Translations under genes and position numbers: made by a program
NCBI GenBank assembly: GCA_965224215.1
Contig: CBDCYS010000019.1
Span: 23,327 to 87,326, forward strand
Direction: 5' to 3'
From: Bryobacterales bacterium
GTDB taxonomy: Bacteria > Acidobacteriota > Terriglobia > Bryobacterales > UBA6623
Length of the DNA stretch: 64,000 nucleotides
Notes under the pieces: generated by a model
Databases searched by the model: none
Told to the model about the DNA's origin: nothing
Seen by the model: the letters and a program-made list of their open reading frames with translations, nothing else
Shown: in pieces, positions 1 to 9,509 of the stretch
Numbering within the stretch: position 1 is the first letter of the stretch
Layout of the letters: every line of letters begins with the position of its first letter

Positions 1-710
1 AGCGCCTGGATCGGTTTGAGATAGCTGCGATGCACTTTGAGCAATTCACGCCCGACCGTCGTTCCCAGCTCGGGCAGTTTCGTATCGGGGCGGTGGTTGG
101 CCGTTTCGAAAAACAGTTTCCGCGCAAGGGAGTAGCCGTTCGTGTGCAGGCCCGTTGAGGGCAACCCGATTAATGCGTCGCCTTCTTTGATCTTGCGGCC
201 GTCGAGCATTTGCGAGCGTTCCGCTGCTCCGACGATGAAACCCGCCAGGTCGTACTCACCCTTGGAATACATGTCGGGCATCTCGGCCGTTTCGCCGCCG
301 ATCAGAGCGCAGCCGTTTTCGCGGCAGGCAATGCTGAGTCCCTTGACCACCTCGCCTGTTACACCGGCATCGAGCTTTCCGGTCGCGAAATAGTCCAGGA
401 AAAACAGCGGCCGCGCGCCCTGGACCGCAATGTCGTTAACGCAATGATTGACCAGGTCTTGTCCGATCGTGTCGTGGGTGCTGGTGGCAAAGGCAACTTT
501 GAGCTTGGTCCCCACTCCGTCGGCGGAACTAATCAAGACCGGCTTCTTGAAGTCGCCTTCCTGCAAGGCATAGGCCGCCCCGAAAGACCCGATTCCTGTC
601 AACACGTTTGGGTTGAAAGTCTGTTTCGCGTAACGCTTGATTTTGGACGTCGCGCGGTCCGCTTCGGCGAAACTAACGCCGGCATCGGCGTAGGTGATCG
701 AGCGCGCCAT
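1..710 (-). CDS. purM: Phosphoribosylformylglycinamidine cyclo-ligase (AIR synthase), 3' part runs off the window
   Basis: Manual translation from cat at 708-710: MARSITYADAGVS...LISSADGVGTKLKVA...DLVNHCVNDIAVQGARPLFFLDY...LIGGETAEMP...GLHTNGYSL, all PurM motifs. An in-frame upstream ATG at 731 is possible. Absent from the ORF track because it is open at the edge. Confidence 0.95.
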   Translation of the reverse strand, partial: MARSITYADAGVSFAEADRATSKIKRYAKQTFNPNVLTGIGSFGAAYALQEGDFKKPVLISSADGVGTKLKVAFATSTHDTIGQDLVNHCVNDIAVQGARPLFFLDYFATGKLDAGVTGEVVKGLSIACRENGCALIGGETAEMPDMYSKGEYDLAGFIVGAAERSQMLDGRKIKEGDALIGLPSTGLHTNGYSLARKLFFETANHRPDTKLPELGTTVGRELLKVHRSYLKPIQA

Positions 711-824
711 TCGCGGGGCATTGAGGGCCATGGAGGTTCATTATCGCATTCTTGATTGCGGAAGCCGGAAAACCCAATGAACGGCCACGAAAGGCGCTCC
801 GCTAGTTGTCGAGACTTGTTGCCT

Positions 825-1873
825 CCTGCTTATACGGTTGTTTCAGCAAGCCCCAAGATGTTGGGGTGGAGGTCATCGCGTCTTGTCCAGGTCACGCGCG
901 CGGCGGATGTGGGCGTAAGGCGTAGGAGCGTGTTGAGTTCCGAGACCGAGGAGGGTTTGGAAGGCTGCCATTGGGGTCTTGCGGCGGTTGTGTCGAAACA
1001 CGAACTCATCGAGGTAAACCTGAAGCTGAGCGCGGCTCACGCCGTGGTACGTTCCGGTCAGCCATTGCTGCAGGTTGCCAATGGCACGATCCGCCAGCGG
1101 CACCACCGACTTGGCGCCTTTCCGCAAGTCAGTCCGGTGAGGTTGCGGACGAGAGACGTGTTTGTAGCCGGCCTCTTCGAGGGCGGTAAAGGTCTTCAGA
1201 CCGTCTGTGTAGATGGTCGAGCCGGGAACAACGTTCTGGGCAAGAAACCTGTCGATCGTCACCTTCTTGAAGTCTGGAATAACGGACATGCGAACGCGCC
1301 CGGAGCGCTTCCCGCGTTTCTCAACAGCGACCATCACAAGGGCCGCACGGCGCCCCTTCAGTTGCCGGCTGCCTCGCAAACCTGCTTGCGGGCCGCCAAT
1401 CCAGGTGTCATCGACCTCTACTTCTCCGTGCAAGGGCTCGCGAGCTGCGTTCACCATGGCCCGTCGCAGTTTGTGCAACATCATCCAGGCGGTTTCGTAG
1501 CGCGACAGGCCGAGCTGACGCTGCAGTAGCAGCGCCGACACACCTCGTTTATCAGTTGTCATCAGGTACGCAGCCCAAAACCAAACCGTCAGCGGGGTCT
1601 TCGTATTGTGGAGCACCGTTCCCGACGTCAACGAGACCTGGTGTCGACACGCCGCGCACTGCCATCGTAGTTTCTGCTCGAGAATGTAGGCCTGCCGATG
1701 CCCACACTGAGGACAAAGGAACCCGTCGGGCCAACGACAAGCAGCCAGGTACTTCTGGCAAGCCTCCTCGGTCGCGAACTCCACCTGAAACTGACGCAGA
1801 CTCTTCGCAAACGGCGGCCGGGCCACGCCCTACCCTACATCTTGGGGCTTGCTGAAACAACCGTATAAACAAG
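825..1873 (-). mobile_element. IS1595-family insertion sequence, intact
   Basis: Terminal IRs C(C/T)TG(C/T)TTATACGGTTGTTTCAGCAAGCCCCAAGATG; 8-bp TSD TGTTGCCT at 817-824 and 1874-1881. Confidence 0.95.
873..1826 (-). CDS. IS1595-family (ISXO2-like) transposase
   Basis: N-terminal zinc ribbon (CRWPDGFLCPQCG...CAACRHQ), EVEVDDTWIG, TDG, and YLDEFVFRHN motifs. Confidence 0.95.
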   Translation of the reverse strand: MARPPFAKSLRQFQVEFATEEACQKYLAACRWPDGFLCPQCGHRQAYILEQKLRWQCAACRHQVSLTSGTVLHNTKTPLTVWFWAAYLMTTDKRGVSALLLQRQLGLSRYETAWMMLHKLRRAMVNAAREPLHGEVEVDDTWIGGPQAGLRGSRQLKGRRAALVMVAVEKRGKRSGRVRMSVIPDFKKVTIDRFLAQNVVPGSTIYTDGLKTFTALEEAGYKHVSRPQPHRTDLRKGAKSVVPLADRAIGNLQQWLTGTYHGVSRAQLQVYLDEFVFRHNRRKTPMAAFQTLLGLGTQHAPTPYAHIRRARDLDKTR

Positions 1874-1886
1874 TGTTGCCTAGACC

Positions 1887-2087
1887 CGGCGGAATTCGCG
1901 ATCCGGAAGGAAGCTGATCAACTGGGAGAATACGGTGCGGCCGAGGTTCATGAACCATTGTCGGCCGCCTCCGAAGTCGTTCCAGCCGTCCTTCGCCGTT
2001 CAAATCGCGGCAAGGGGAAAACAGCCCTAAGCTATGCTGGAACAATCAGTTGCCGCTCGCCAGTGAGTCGTTAACCGGACAGTAGTG
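1887..2087 (-). mobile_element. Left-end fragment of the IS4-family element at 9510-10828
   Basis: Near-identical to about 10628-10828; ends in the IR TTAACCGGACAGTAGTG; includes only the first ~21 transposase codons. Confidence 0.9.
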
Positions 2088-2334
2088 ACATGGTATGATT
2101 CTCCGCGCACGCAACATCGATCGTAGTAGGCTTGCCCTGTTTGAGGCCGCTGCTATGCCCAGCTTGCAGCAACTTCGCAGACTGAAACTGCTCTTGGTCA
2201 GATCCGTTGTTCGCCAAGAGTTAATTTGCGATGTTAAACGAGCCCTTGGACTAATCCGAAAGAGACTGTACCTGATTCAAGGCACGCAAGCGTCTGCAGA
2301 ATCTGGCGTGACCGAGAGAGGGGAAACTATTGAA

Positions 2335-3996
2335 CCAGGATTTCCATTTTGGATCTTGGCCTCCCCGATTCTACGTTCATTCTCTCTTGAACGCAAGCCT
2401 TTCTTGACCGCAGGCACGCACCGGGCCGGACCGAAGTGCTTCCACTGGACCCTTTCGTTCTCCGAAGGGGACAATTCGTCGGTCGGAAAGCAGTTTTTCA
2501 GACACTCCTCCGAGCTTCAACTCCGCAGCATCCAGATTTCGCACTCGCGAGCGACCGTTCTACCCGCTCGGCAGTGGCAGCGCCCAGATCCTGTGCAGCA
2601 TGTCGCCGAACAGCTTGCGGTTCAGATGTCCCTCGGCCAACAGCAGCCAGTAATAGCGCGCATGCTTCACTAGCCGCCCGCCCGTCTTCATCAGCCGCTG
2701 CTGCAGGCTCGTCAGCGACCAGCTCTTGATGCGCCGCGGCAGTCCCAGTCGCCGCCAAAGATTGCCCAGGTTGTAGGCCAGAACGGCGAGTTGCAGCCGC
2801 ACTTGGTTTGCCCGGAAGCGATGGCACGACAGCCGCGTCCAGTGAGTCGCCTGCTTGCCTTCCTTGATCCATTGCTCGGCCGTGCCGCGCTTGTTGTAGA
2901 AGCGCACCAGCGACCGGCTGGGCAAGCGCATGTTCGTGACGATGAACCCGACGCGAGGAAACAACTCGCCTTGGTGGTGCTCCACCTTGGCCACAACTCG
3001 CCGGGGCTTCGACCAACTCGCGGCCTGATAGCGGAAGCTCTTGTAGCGCACCAGCGGCTTCAGGCTCGGCCTGCCCGGCGGACGGAATAGAATGTCTTCG
3101 ATTTCCAACTCCAAGTTCTTGTTCGCCGGGATGCGAATGACGTAGTCCACTCCGCGATCCTCCAATGCCTCGTAGATCGCCGGCTTGGCGAAGGCGGCGT
3201 CGGCGCGGAACGTCACTCGCTTGCCTTCTCCCTGTTGGCGCTCGATCTCGGGCAGCAGCAGTTCGTCCCAGTCCTCGGCGCTGGACACGTTACCCGGTCG
3301 CAGCTTTGCCGCCAGACAATCGCCGTGCTGGTTGAACAGCAACAGCGGGTGATAGCAGGTGGACTCGAAATGGCCGTTGTAAGCGCTGCCTTCCTGTTGG
3401 CCGTGAACGGGGCTTTCTGTCGAGTCCATATCGAGCACGACACGCTCGGACTCGTCCTGCGCTTGCGCTTGAGCGAGCAACTCGCGGTTGACCGCCATCA
3501 GCCCAAGCAGGTTCTCTTCACTGGCCAGCAGCTCTGCCTCGAAGCTTTGCAGACGCGACGTAAGCGCCCCGCCGCGTTCCCAGTTCTTTTTCGAGCCGAG
3601 CAAGCGAAAGGTCGGATCGGCGGAGACTCGCACGGCATCGTTGAGATCCTGGTAGCCTGCGAGGCGGCTGTAGACCGATTGCCGCACCAGATCGACGAAC
3701 GGAAACTTCTTGTTTGTGCCTTGTCGCGAATCCGTCAGATGCTCGTCGATCAGCTTGCCCAGTCCGAGCCGCTCGTCCAGTTCCCGAAGGAGAATCAGGC
3801 CACCATCCGAGGTGACGCGCGATCCTTGGAAATCGACTTTGAGAAATCCGTTGAAGGTGAGCTGAAACGGCTTGTTTTCTTTTTCACCCATTGGGTGTTG
3901 GCCTCCGTGCGTCCTGACAGGGCTCGATCCCCTATCAATAAAGACGCTGAAGACCGCTGGAAGGTCGGGATGCCGAAGTCAAATTGGAAATGCGGG
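2335..3996 (-). mobile_element. IS1380-family element (type 1)
   Basis: Imperfect IRs CCAGGATTTCCATTTTG / CCCGCATTTCCAATTTG; 5-bp flanking repeat TTGAA at 2330-2334 and 3997-4001. Confidence 0.9.
2560..3891 (-). CDS. IS1380-family transposase
   Basis: VTSDGGLILL, VLDMDST, FRADAAF and YNKRGTAEQWIKEGK motifs. Confidence 0.95.
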   Translation of the reverse strand: MGEKENKPFQLTFNGFLKVDFQGSRVTSDGGLILLRELDERLGLGKLIDEHLTDSRQGTNKKFPFVDLVRQSVYSRLAGYQDLNDAVRVSADPTFRLLGSKKNWERGGALTSRLQSFEAELLASEENLLGLMAVNRELLAQAQAQDESERVVLDMDSTESPVHGQQEGSAYNGHFESTCYHPLLLFNQHGDCLAAKLRPGNVSSAEDWDELLLPEIERQQGEGKRVTFRADAAFAKPAIYEALEDRGVDYVIRIPANKNLELEIEDILFRPPGRPSLKPLVRYKSFRYQAASWSKPRRVVAKVEHHQGELFPRVGFIVTNMRLPSRSLVRFYNKRGTAEQWIKEGKQATHWTRLSCHRFRANQVRLQLAVLAYNLGNLWRRLGLPRRIKSWSLTSLQQRLMKTGGRLVKHARYYWLLLAEGHLNRKLFGDMLHRIWALPLPSG

Positions 3997-4437
3997 TTGA
4001 AGGGTCTCGCGGCTTGGCAGCTGCCACATAGCGCGGGCCTCTTCAGCCGTCAGCCAGTTGCCGAGCCGGACGCCCAGTTTTTTCGAACCCTTGACCCGGC
4101 GGATGCCCGCCGCCAGCTCCGGGCTCAATAGCCCGGACTCAGCAGCCTCGTAGGCGAGTCTGCGCACGGCGGCGAGTCTGAGGTTGATTGTGCCTGGTGC
4201 TAGCCCACGGGATTCGAGGTGGATGCGGTACTGGGTCACCACTGTCTTGCTGAAGGACAAGCGTGGTTTTAAACAGTACCAGCGGATGAACTCATCTATC
4301 GCGTGGCTATACCCACGCTGTGACTCAGGGGAATGTAGGCTGTTGAGTACTGCGGTCCTTGCGAGGTCAAGATCCGGAAGATTAGGGTTTCGACTAGTTT
4401 TGGACGTTTTTGCGGATTCATCTGACTTTCTTCTCAT
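3997..4437 (-). pseudogene. Tyrosine recombinase, N-terminal half only, cut at the IS1380 end
   Basis: Integrase core-binding (SAM-like) region: SQRGYSHAIDEF...LAPGTINLRLAAVRRLAYEA...LGNWLT. The catalytic half is missing; the frame meets a stop straight after the TSD on the far side. Confidence 0.75.
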
Positions 4438-4553
4438 GACCAGCGGCCTCCTTTGCCGCTGGTCCGATGCTCGGGCTAATAGCTTGTCGGCCGGACGTCC
4501 TTGTTAGACCGAGCTCGATTCTGATGAATACCACTTAGCAAGGTTACGCCTCT

Positions 4554-5087
4554 TCAGCGTGGGTAGCAATCTCCTGAACGTAGTCGCCGTAGCCCCACCC
4601 AATCGAATCCGCCCGGGCTGCGATTCGTTCGATTCGCGCGACCGCGTGCCCGGCGCGAATCCGGCGAGAGTTCGACCAAAGCGACCACGATGTCGTCGAG
4701 CGTCCTTTCCAGCGCTCCGAAGTACCGTTCCTCACCGTAGCCTAAGTCCGCCGCCTGCTCGGTGCCGACTTCAACGAAGCTGAGCATCAGGTCGACAGCG
4801 CTCTCGATGTCGCTTGTCGCTTGACGATAGTGGCGAATGAGCCGTTCCGCTTCCCTGACTCGAACCGGTAGTCGACTGAACGGCTCCGGGTAAATGGCAT
4901 CGACCACGAGCTTGCGGTACTTGACAAGTTCCGTCTCAGAACCGAGCAGGCGAGCATGCAGAAAACGCCGGTTTTCCTGGCTCGACCGGTAAATATCTCG
5001 AACCAGGTTGACTAGCGCCTTGGGATCCATCTGTTGCAGTTCGACTTTGACAGATGCCCAGGTCGGGTTTTTGGTCCGATTCGCCAT
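4554..5087 (-). CDS. Hypothetical protein, helical
   Basis: 177-aa ORF with an ATG start and natural composition; the C-terminus may be frameshifted. Confidence 0.65.
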   Translation of the reverse strand: MANRTKNPTWASVKVELQQMDPKALVNLVRDIYRSSQENRRFLHARLLGSETELVKYRKLVVDAIYPEPFSRLPVRVREAERLIRHYRQATSDIESAVDLMLSFVEVGTEQAADLGYGEERYFGALERTLDDIVVALVELSPDSRRARGRANRTNRSPGGFDWVGLRRLRSGDCYPR

Positions 5088-5303
5088 GGTTGTCTCGCGT
5101 ACCTTGCCGGCTGGGCCGAAGCGGGTCGAACGGCCTCGGCCTTCAGCCGCGGTGTGCGGGTTACTTCGTCAGCCGCCTACAGTCCGTGTTTCGCCGGCGT
5201 ATTATGTCGAGCGATACCAGCCACCCGGCGTGTACTCAACATTCATGTAAGCCTTGAAGTCCGCCATGTACTGAGTCAATTCGTCAACCACCACCCCATC
5301 AGA

Positions 5304-5657
5304 CTAGCCGCGCCGCCACACCTGCGGGTCTACCGTGCCAAGCACCAAGTACTTCGGCTTAGTCGCTATCGCCTGAGCGACGGAGGCCGCTATCAGCGGT
5401 TCGAGTTCGTCTTGGTGCACGATCAAGAGCTCGCAGTTGACGCACAGACGGCATGTCTTCCGGAGAACCACAAGCCCTGCTCCATCCACGTGAATGACGA
5501 ACGGAATCTTACGGACTCGTGTTTTCGCTTTACACCGGGGGCACGTCGTGAAGCGAGCAGTCGCATGAGGATTAAGCGCGAATGAATAGCGGGCGGGCAA
5601 CGAGCCCATGCGAGCTTTCTGCTTTCTGGGAACCGATGTCATTTCAAGTCTTGCCAA
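5304..5657 (-). CDS. Hypothetical protein with two CxxC motifs (possible Zn finger)
   Basis: TTCPRCKAKT and TCRLCVNC motifs; same strand as neighbours. Confidence 0.6.
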   Translation of the reverse strand: MARLEMTSVPRKQKARMGSLPARYSFALNPHATARFTTCPRCKAKTRVRKIPFVIHVDGAGLVVLRKTCRLCVNCELLIVHQDELEPLIAASVAQAIATKPKYLVLGTVDPQVWRRG

Positions 5658-5703
5658 CTAATAATAGGCGGTCCGGATGGTCCCACCTCTGCGGAAAAGC
5701 TCG

Positions 5704-6045
5704 TCAGCGACGATGAGGTCGGCGACAACTTGTCACTGGTCGACGGGAGCGAACGTCAAAAAGCAGGTTTGGGTTGAGACGGAGACCAGGAAGGCTTCTT
5801 GGTCGCCTTCTTCCGCTTGCGGCCCACCGCTTTTTCTGAGCCTCAGACATCCGCTTCCGTGCCTCAGCCGACACCGCCCGCCGCCTCCGCGCCTTATTCG
5901 CACCAGCCTTTTTCCCTGAACCCGGCGGCCGCCCAGGACCGCGACGCCCGGGTGGACGGCCTGGCCGACGAGTGCCCTGCAACACAGATATCGCCTGATC
6001 CAAGCGATCGCGCTCTTGAATCAACAACTCCAGAACATCAGACAT
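5704..6045 (-). CDS. Small basic putative DNA-binding (nucleoid-associated) protein with GRP/AT-hook-like motifs
   Basis: GGAGG RBS; N-terminal amphipathic helix, then RPGRPPGRRGPGRPP, then SAEARKRMSEAQKKRW. A probable 1-nt frameshift near 5820 would give ...KRKKATKK. Confidence 0.7.
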   Translation of the reverse strand: MSDVLELLIQERDRLDQAISVLQGTRRPGRPPGRRGPGRPPGSGKKAGANKARRRRAVSAEARKRMSEAQKKRWAASGRRRPRSLPGLRLNPNLLFDVRSRRPVTSCRRPHRR

Positions 6046-6423
6046 AGAACCTCCGGAAGATCAAGCACAGCGCCCGAGCGTACCACTCAAGGCCGACAAA
6101 TCTCAACCCAGAGGCGGTGCTCGGGTTATCGCGATTTCAGGTCCAGAAAGGTGGTTAGGCCGTTATACGACCATGTGATTGCTGACATGAAGCCGACTTC
6201 TCGTTCCTAATTCGCTCACTTCCGAATTGCCGACGATCTACGCACTATCCGGGTCTAAGACCCAGAAGGACTGGTCGTCAGGGCCTAGCTGGTCGCGCTC
6301 TAATCGGGAGCGTCTCTTTCAGAAGTCGTGTTGTAGACTTTGCCGCCGGATAAGATCGCCTTACTGCGTAACTCTGAACGGGAAATGAAGCTTGACCGGG
6401 AGACACCTACGGATAAGCATAGC

Positions 6424-7161
6424 TTATCGGGGCTGCATGGCATTGGACGACGCTGAAAACAGCGGCGGTTGCCCACCATGCTCGGCTCGCAGTTGCGGCC
6501 GGTAATCGAACTCACGGAGCAGGTCGATGAATGCCTGGGGCGATTCGACTGCCTTATCAACTAGGTTACGCCGCATCAAGGAAAGGAATAGTGCGCACGA
6601 CCGCGCTTCGCAGTTGATCGACCGGTGCGGATTGAACTCAACGTCCGTGAATCCTCCATAGGCATAAAGCTTCGGAGCCCAGTCCCGGAAGTTCTTTAGG
6701 AAGCTGATATAAAGCCAGTCGTAAAATGCCGTCTTGGGCTCCAATGGGAAATCGAACCCTTCGAACCGGAACCCGACCAAAGCGCCGGATTCCTGAAGGC
6801 GTGGATCGCGCTTCGCTTAGCCGATCTCCTTCTCGCCTTTCTCATACAGGTCGGTGAACGGTCCGCCACGCTCAAAGACCTTGCTTCCCTGAAAGGCCAA
6901 CTCCAGCTTGATCGTTCCATACTGCTTGGTGCCCGCCGTCATGTGAAACGCGCTCAGATGCTGGCCACGCTCGCTCTTGGACTTGGTTGAAATCTCCAGC
7001 AGGTTTCGGTATCCGCCTAAAGCCGCTGCCTCGTGCAGCTCCTCGATGTTTTTCTCTTTTTGGACGCGAGCAAAACCGGAGTGCCAGTGGATCTGGAAGA
7101 AGATCTCCTTCACCAACTCGTCGCTGTCGGGGGTTGAGACGAAGATTGGACGTTCAGCCAT
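6424..7161 (-). pseudogene. DarT1-associated NADAR-type antitoxin, broken by an in-frame TAA at 6817-6819
   Basis: MAERPIF...GFARVQKEKNI...LEISTKS...LSAF...ELAFQGSKVFERGGPFTDL*AKRDPRLQESG...FYDWLY...FTDVEFNPHRSINCEARSCA. The two ORFs are in the same frame. Confidence 0.8.
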
Positions 7162-7677
7162 TGGGGAAGTTCGTGATAAATTTCATTGGCACAAACTCTG
7201 GCACCAGAATTTCGGACCTCTCGGCCTTTCGGCGACGGGCCTGGTTGGCCGGGGGGGTAGAACGAGCCGATCTTCCGGTTGATCGCATCATAATCGATCA
7301 TCCCACCATCAACCGCCTCCTGCACCGAATACGTTGGCATGTTGTTCGAGTTGGCCACGCCAGGAGTAAATAGCACCCCCGGTTCATAGAGGATCAGCCG
7401 ATCGATCTGAAGATACGTAACCTTGATGCCCCGATTTTTGACGTGGTACTCCATATCGTGCCCGAGATCCCAGCACAGGTGCACGTATTTATCCATTCCA
7501 ACCGCTACGTCCTGTTTCAGGCTCAACTCGTTGCCTCCAGGAACGAACTCTACGCCTATCTCGTGAAGCTTGGCCGTCGCCCAAATACTCATGCTTCTTG
7601 ATGTCGGCCAGGTTCGTTTCGGGCGTGAAGTGGTACAGGCGTAGGATCTCCAGCAGGAGATCGGGGGCCATTGCCAT
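7154..7677 (-). pseudogene. darT: DarT (DUF4433) ssDNA ADP-ribosyltransferase toxin, two frameshifts
   Basis: LYHFTPETNLADIKKH | GGNELS...DKYVHLCW...FTPGVANS | RRRKAERSEILVPEFVPMKFI. Shifts fall near 7590 and at the G7 run 7251-7257. The TGA overlaps the NADAR start (ATGGCTGA). Confidence 0.8.
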
Positions 7678-7872
7678 GACCGCCTATTTTATCGCTCCTT
7701 GCCATGTAAAGATGAAGTTCCGGCCCGATTTTCCGCGAAGTCTTTTGCTTTGCGGATACTGGGCCGCATACATGGTATGGCAAGGGGGCCCCCGACCCGG
7801 CTAAGCAGCCCGTGGCAGAATGCCCCGTTTTCAGTCCGCGAGAAGCATCGGCTTAGGTGGAGGCGCGCCGGC

Positions 7873-8090
7873 ACAGGTAATAGCAATCTTGGACAAGGCG
7901 CAACCGAGCCGGTTCTCCGCGAGCGGCTTGAGGCTAAGGCCAAGGAGTTAAACTTCATCCGCAACAACCTCATGATCCGCCACACTGAAGTCGGCAAGCC
8001 TCCGATCGCCGAATCCGCGCAGGTGGATTACCTGTTCCACAGGATGTTTGCCATGATCCGACTGCTTTTTCGAATCCAGCGGTCGCGGCG
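7873..8090 (+). pseudogene. C-terminal remnant of an AbiJ-like/HEPN-type protein
   Basis: ILDKA|TEPVLRERLEAKAKELNFIRNNLMIRHTE...VDYLFHRMFAMIRLL, with an R-x6-H motif; no N-terminus. Recognised from memory. Confidence 0.5.
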
Positions 8091-8232
8091 GTTAAAATCA
8101 CCTCCATGGCCGCTTGGTCGCGTCATCCCGAGTTTGAGGTTCGTTGGAAATCGCTCGGGCCATCGCCGGAGGGACTTTCCGTGACGACCCTGGGGGGACA
8201 TGTCTTGCGATCTCTCCGACACGCTACCCACC

Positions 8233-8688
8233 CTAACCACGAAGGTACGGCGGCAGGATCTCGGAAGTGAAACGGAAGCGTTGGCCTTGCTCATCGACTC
8301 GGCGATCATCGACCCGCGGCCGCCTGGATCTTGAGCTGACCCGCGCAGCTGACAATGGTGCGCTCGCGGGCGTGGCCGTTGCGCACCACCAGCCGCCGGC
8401 CGTCCTCGCCGACTTCCTGCTGATGCGCTTCGATGTAAGCGGCCACCTCGGCTTCGACGGCGTTGACGAGCATCTGGAGCGCTCCTTGGCGCAACACCTC
8501 ATCCAAGGGCGAGCGTTCCTTTCCATCCATGACTTGGGGCTTGACTTGACTGTTGCTCTCGGCAGCTTCACACTGACTCATGGCGTATCCTCCTTGTTCC
8601 TTTGCAGGAAACGATTGAATTGATTCCTCAATCGTCAGGATACGCCGCCTTCCCTCAGCCGCTCATCCACAACTTCTGGTTATATCTC
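8233..8688 (-). mobile_element. IS256-family left end plus truncated, frameshifted transposase start
   Basis: LDEVLRQGA...EAEV...RLVVRNGHARERTI | PRVDDRR...RFTSEILPPYLR; the end begins GAGATATAACCAG at 8688. Confidence 0.8.
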
Positions 8689-8774
8689 AGATTGAAGGCT
8701 GCCACCCCTGTGATATAGTGAAGCTGAAACTCAGCTGTGAGAATCAATATTCTAGCACTTGAGAGGCGGTTTTG

Positions 8775-8805
8775 TGGTGTCCGATTTGGTGTCCATTTTG
8801 GTGTC
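8775..8805 (+). repeat. Three TGGTGTC direct repeats at 12-bp period (integrase arm-site-like)
   Basis: Copies at 8775, 8787 and 8799, about 100 bp upstream of the tRNA. Confidence 0.6.
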
Positions 8806-8901
8806 AGAACAGGCAGAATAAGTAGATACCATAGACTGGAGAGACAAAGAGCCAGTTCGATAAGTGGTTTTTTTTTAGCTAAGTAGCAGATTCCATTAAG
8901 G

Positions 8902-8976
8902 GCGGGAGTAGTTCAGTGGTAGAACGTCAGCTTCCCAAGCTGAATGTCGCGGGTTCAATCCCCGTCTCCCGCTCCA
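8902..8976 (+). tRNA. tRNA-Gly(CCC)
   Basis: Acceptor stem GCGGGAG/CTCCCGC, anticodon arm TCAGC-TTCCCAA-GCTGA, T-loop GGTTCAATCC, U discriminator, encoded CCA. Confidence 0.97.
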
Positions 8977-9012
8977 TGTTTTCAACAACTTAGAACCACC
9001 CTCACAATAGCC

Positions 9013-9032
9013 TGCTCCATTTTGCTCCATTT
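9013..9032 (+). repeat. Tandem TGCTCCATTT x2 (integrase arm-site-like) between the tRNA and the integrase stop
   Basis: Direct 10-bp repeat at the position typical of att arms. Confidence 0.6.
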
Positions 9033-9509
9033 ACATAATTGGCGACGAGTCTTTGCCCTTCAGAGCAAGCGTCGCCTCTAGTAAGTTCACGGCCTCTTTC
9101 TTGCGTTCGAGACCGGAATCGGTGTAGACGTTCAGGTTTACATCGAGCGTGTGACCGAGTTGGTCAGCCACTACCTTCGGATCTACATCCAGCTCCCTCA
9201 TTAGCGTCGCATGGGTCCGTCTCATGACCTGAAAATTTACCCAATCCAGACGCACCTCGTCAAGCTTCGGCGCGATGTTCCGACGCCAACAATTCTCGCG
9301 AGAGATCGGAGTCTTGCCGGTTTCGGACGGGAAGACCCAAGCCTGCGGTCTTGTGTCAGGACAGACGCTTCTCCATTTTGCAATCATCTGTTCCAAGCCT
9401 TCAGGCAGCGCGACAGTGCGACAGGAGCAATTGCTTTTCGGAGAATCGAGAATGCCCTTATATATCCGCTGGCGCACACTTATTTGGCCTCCGTCGATCT
9501 GCTGCCACC

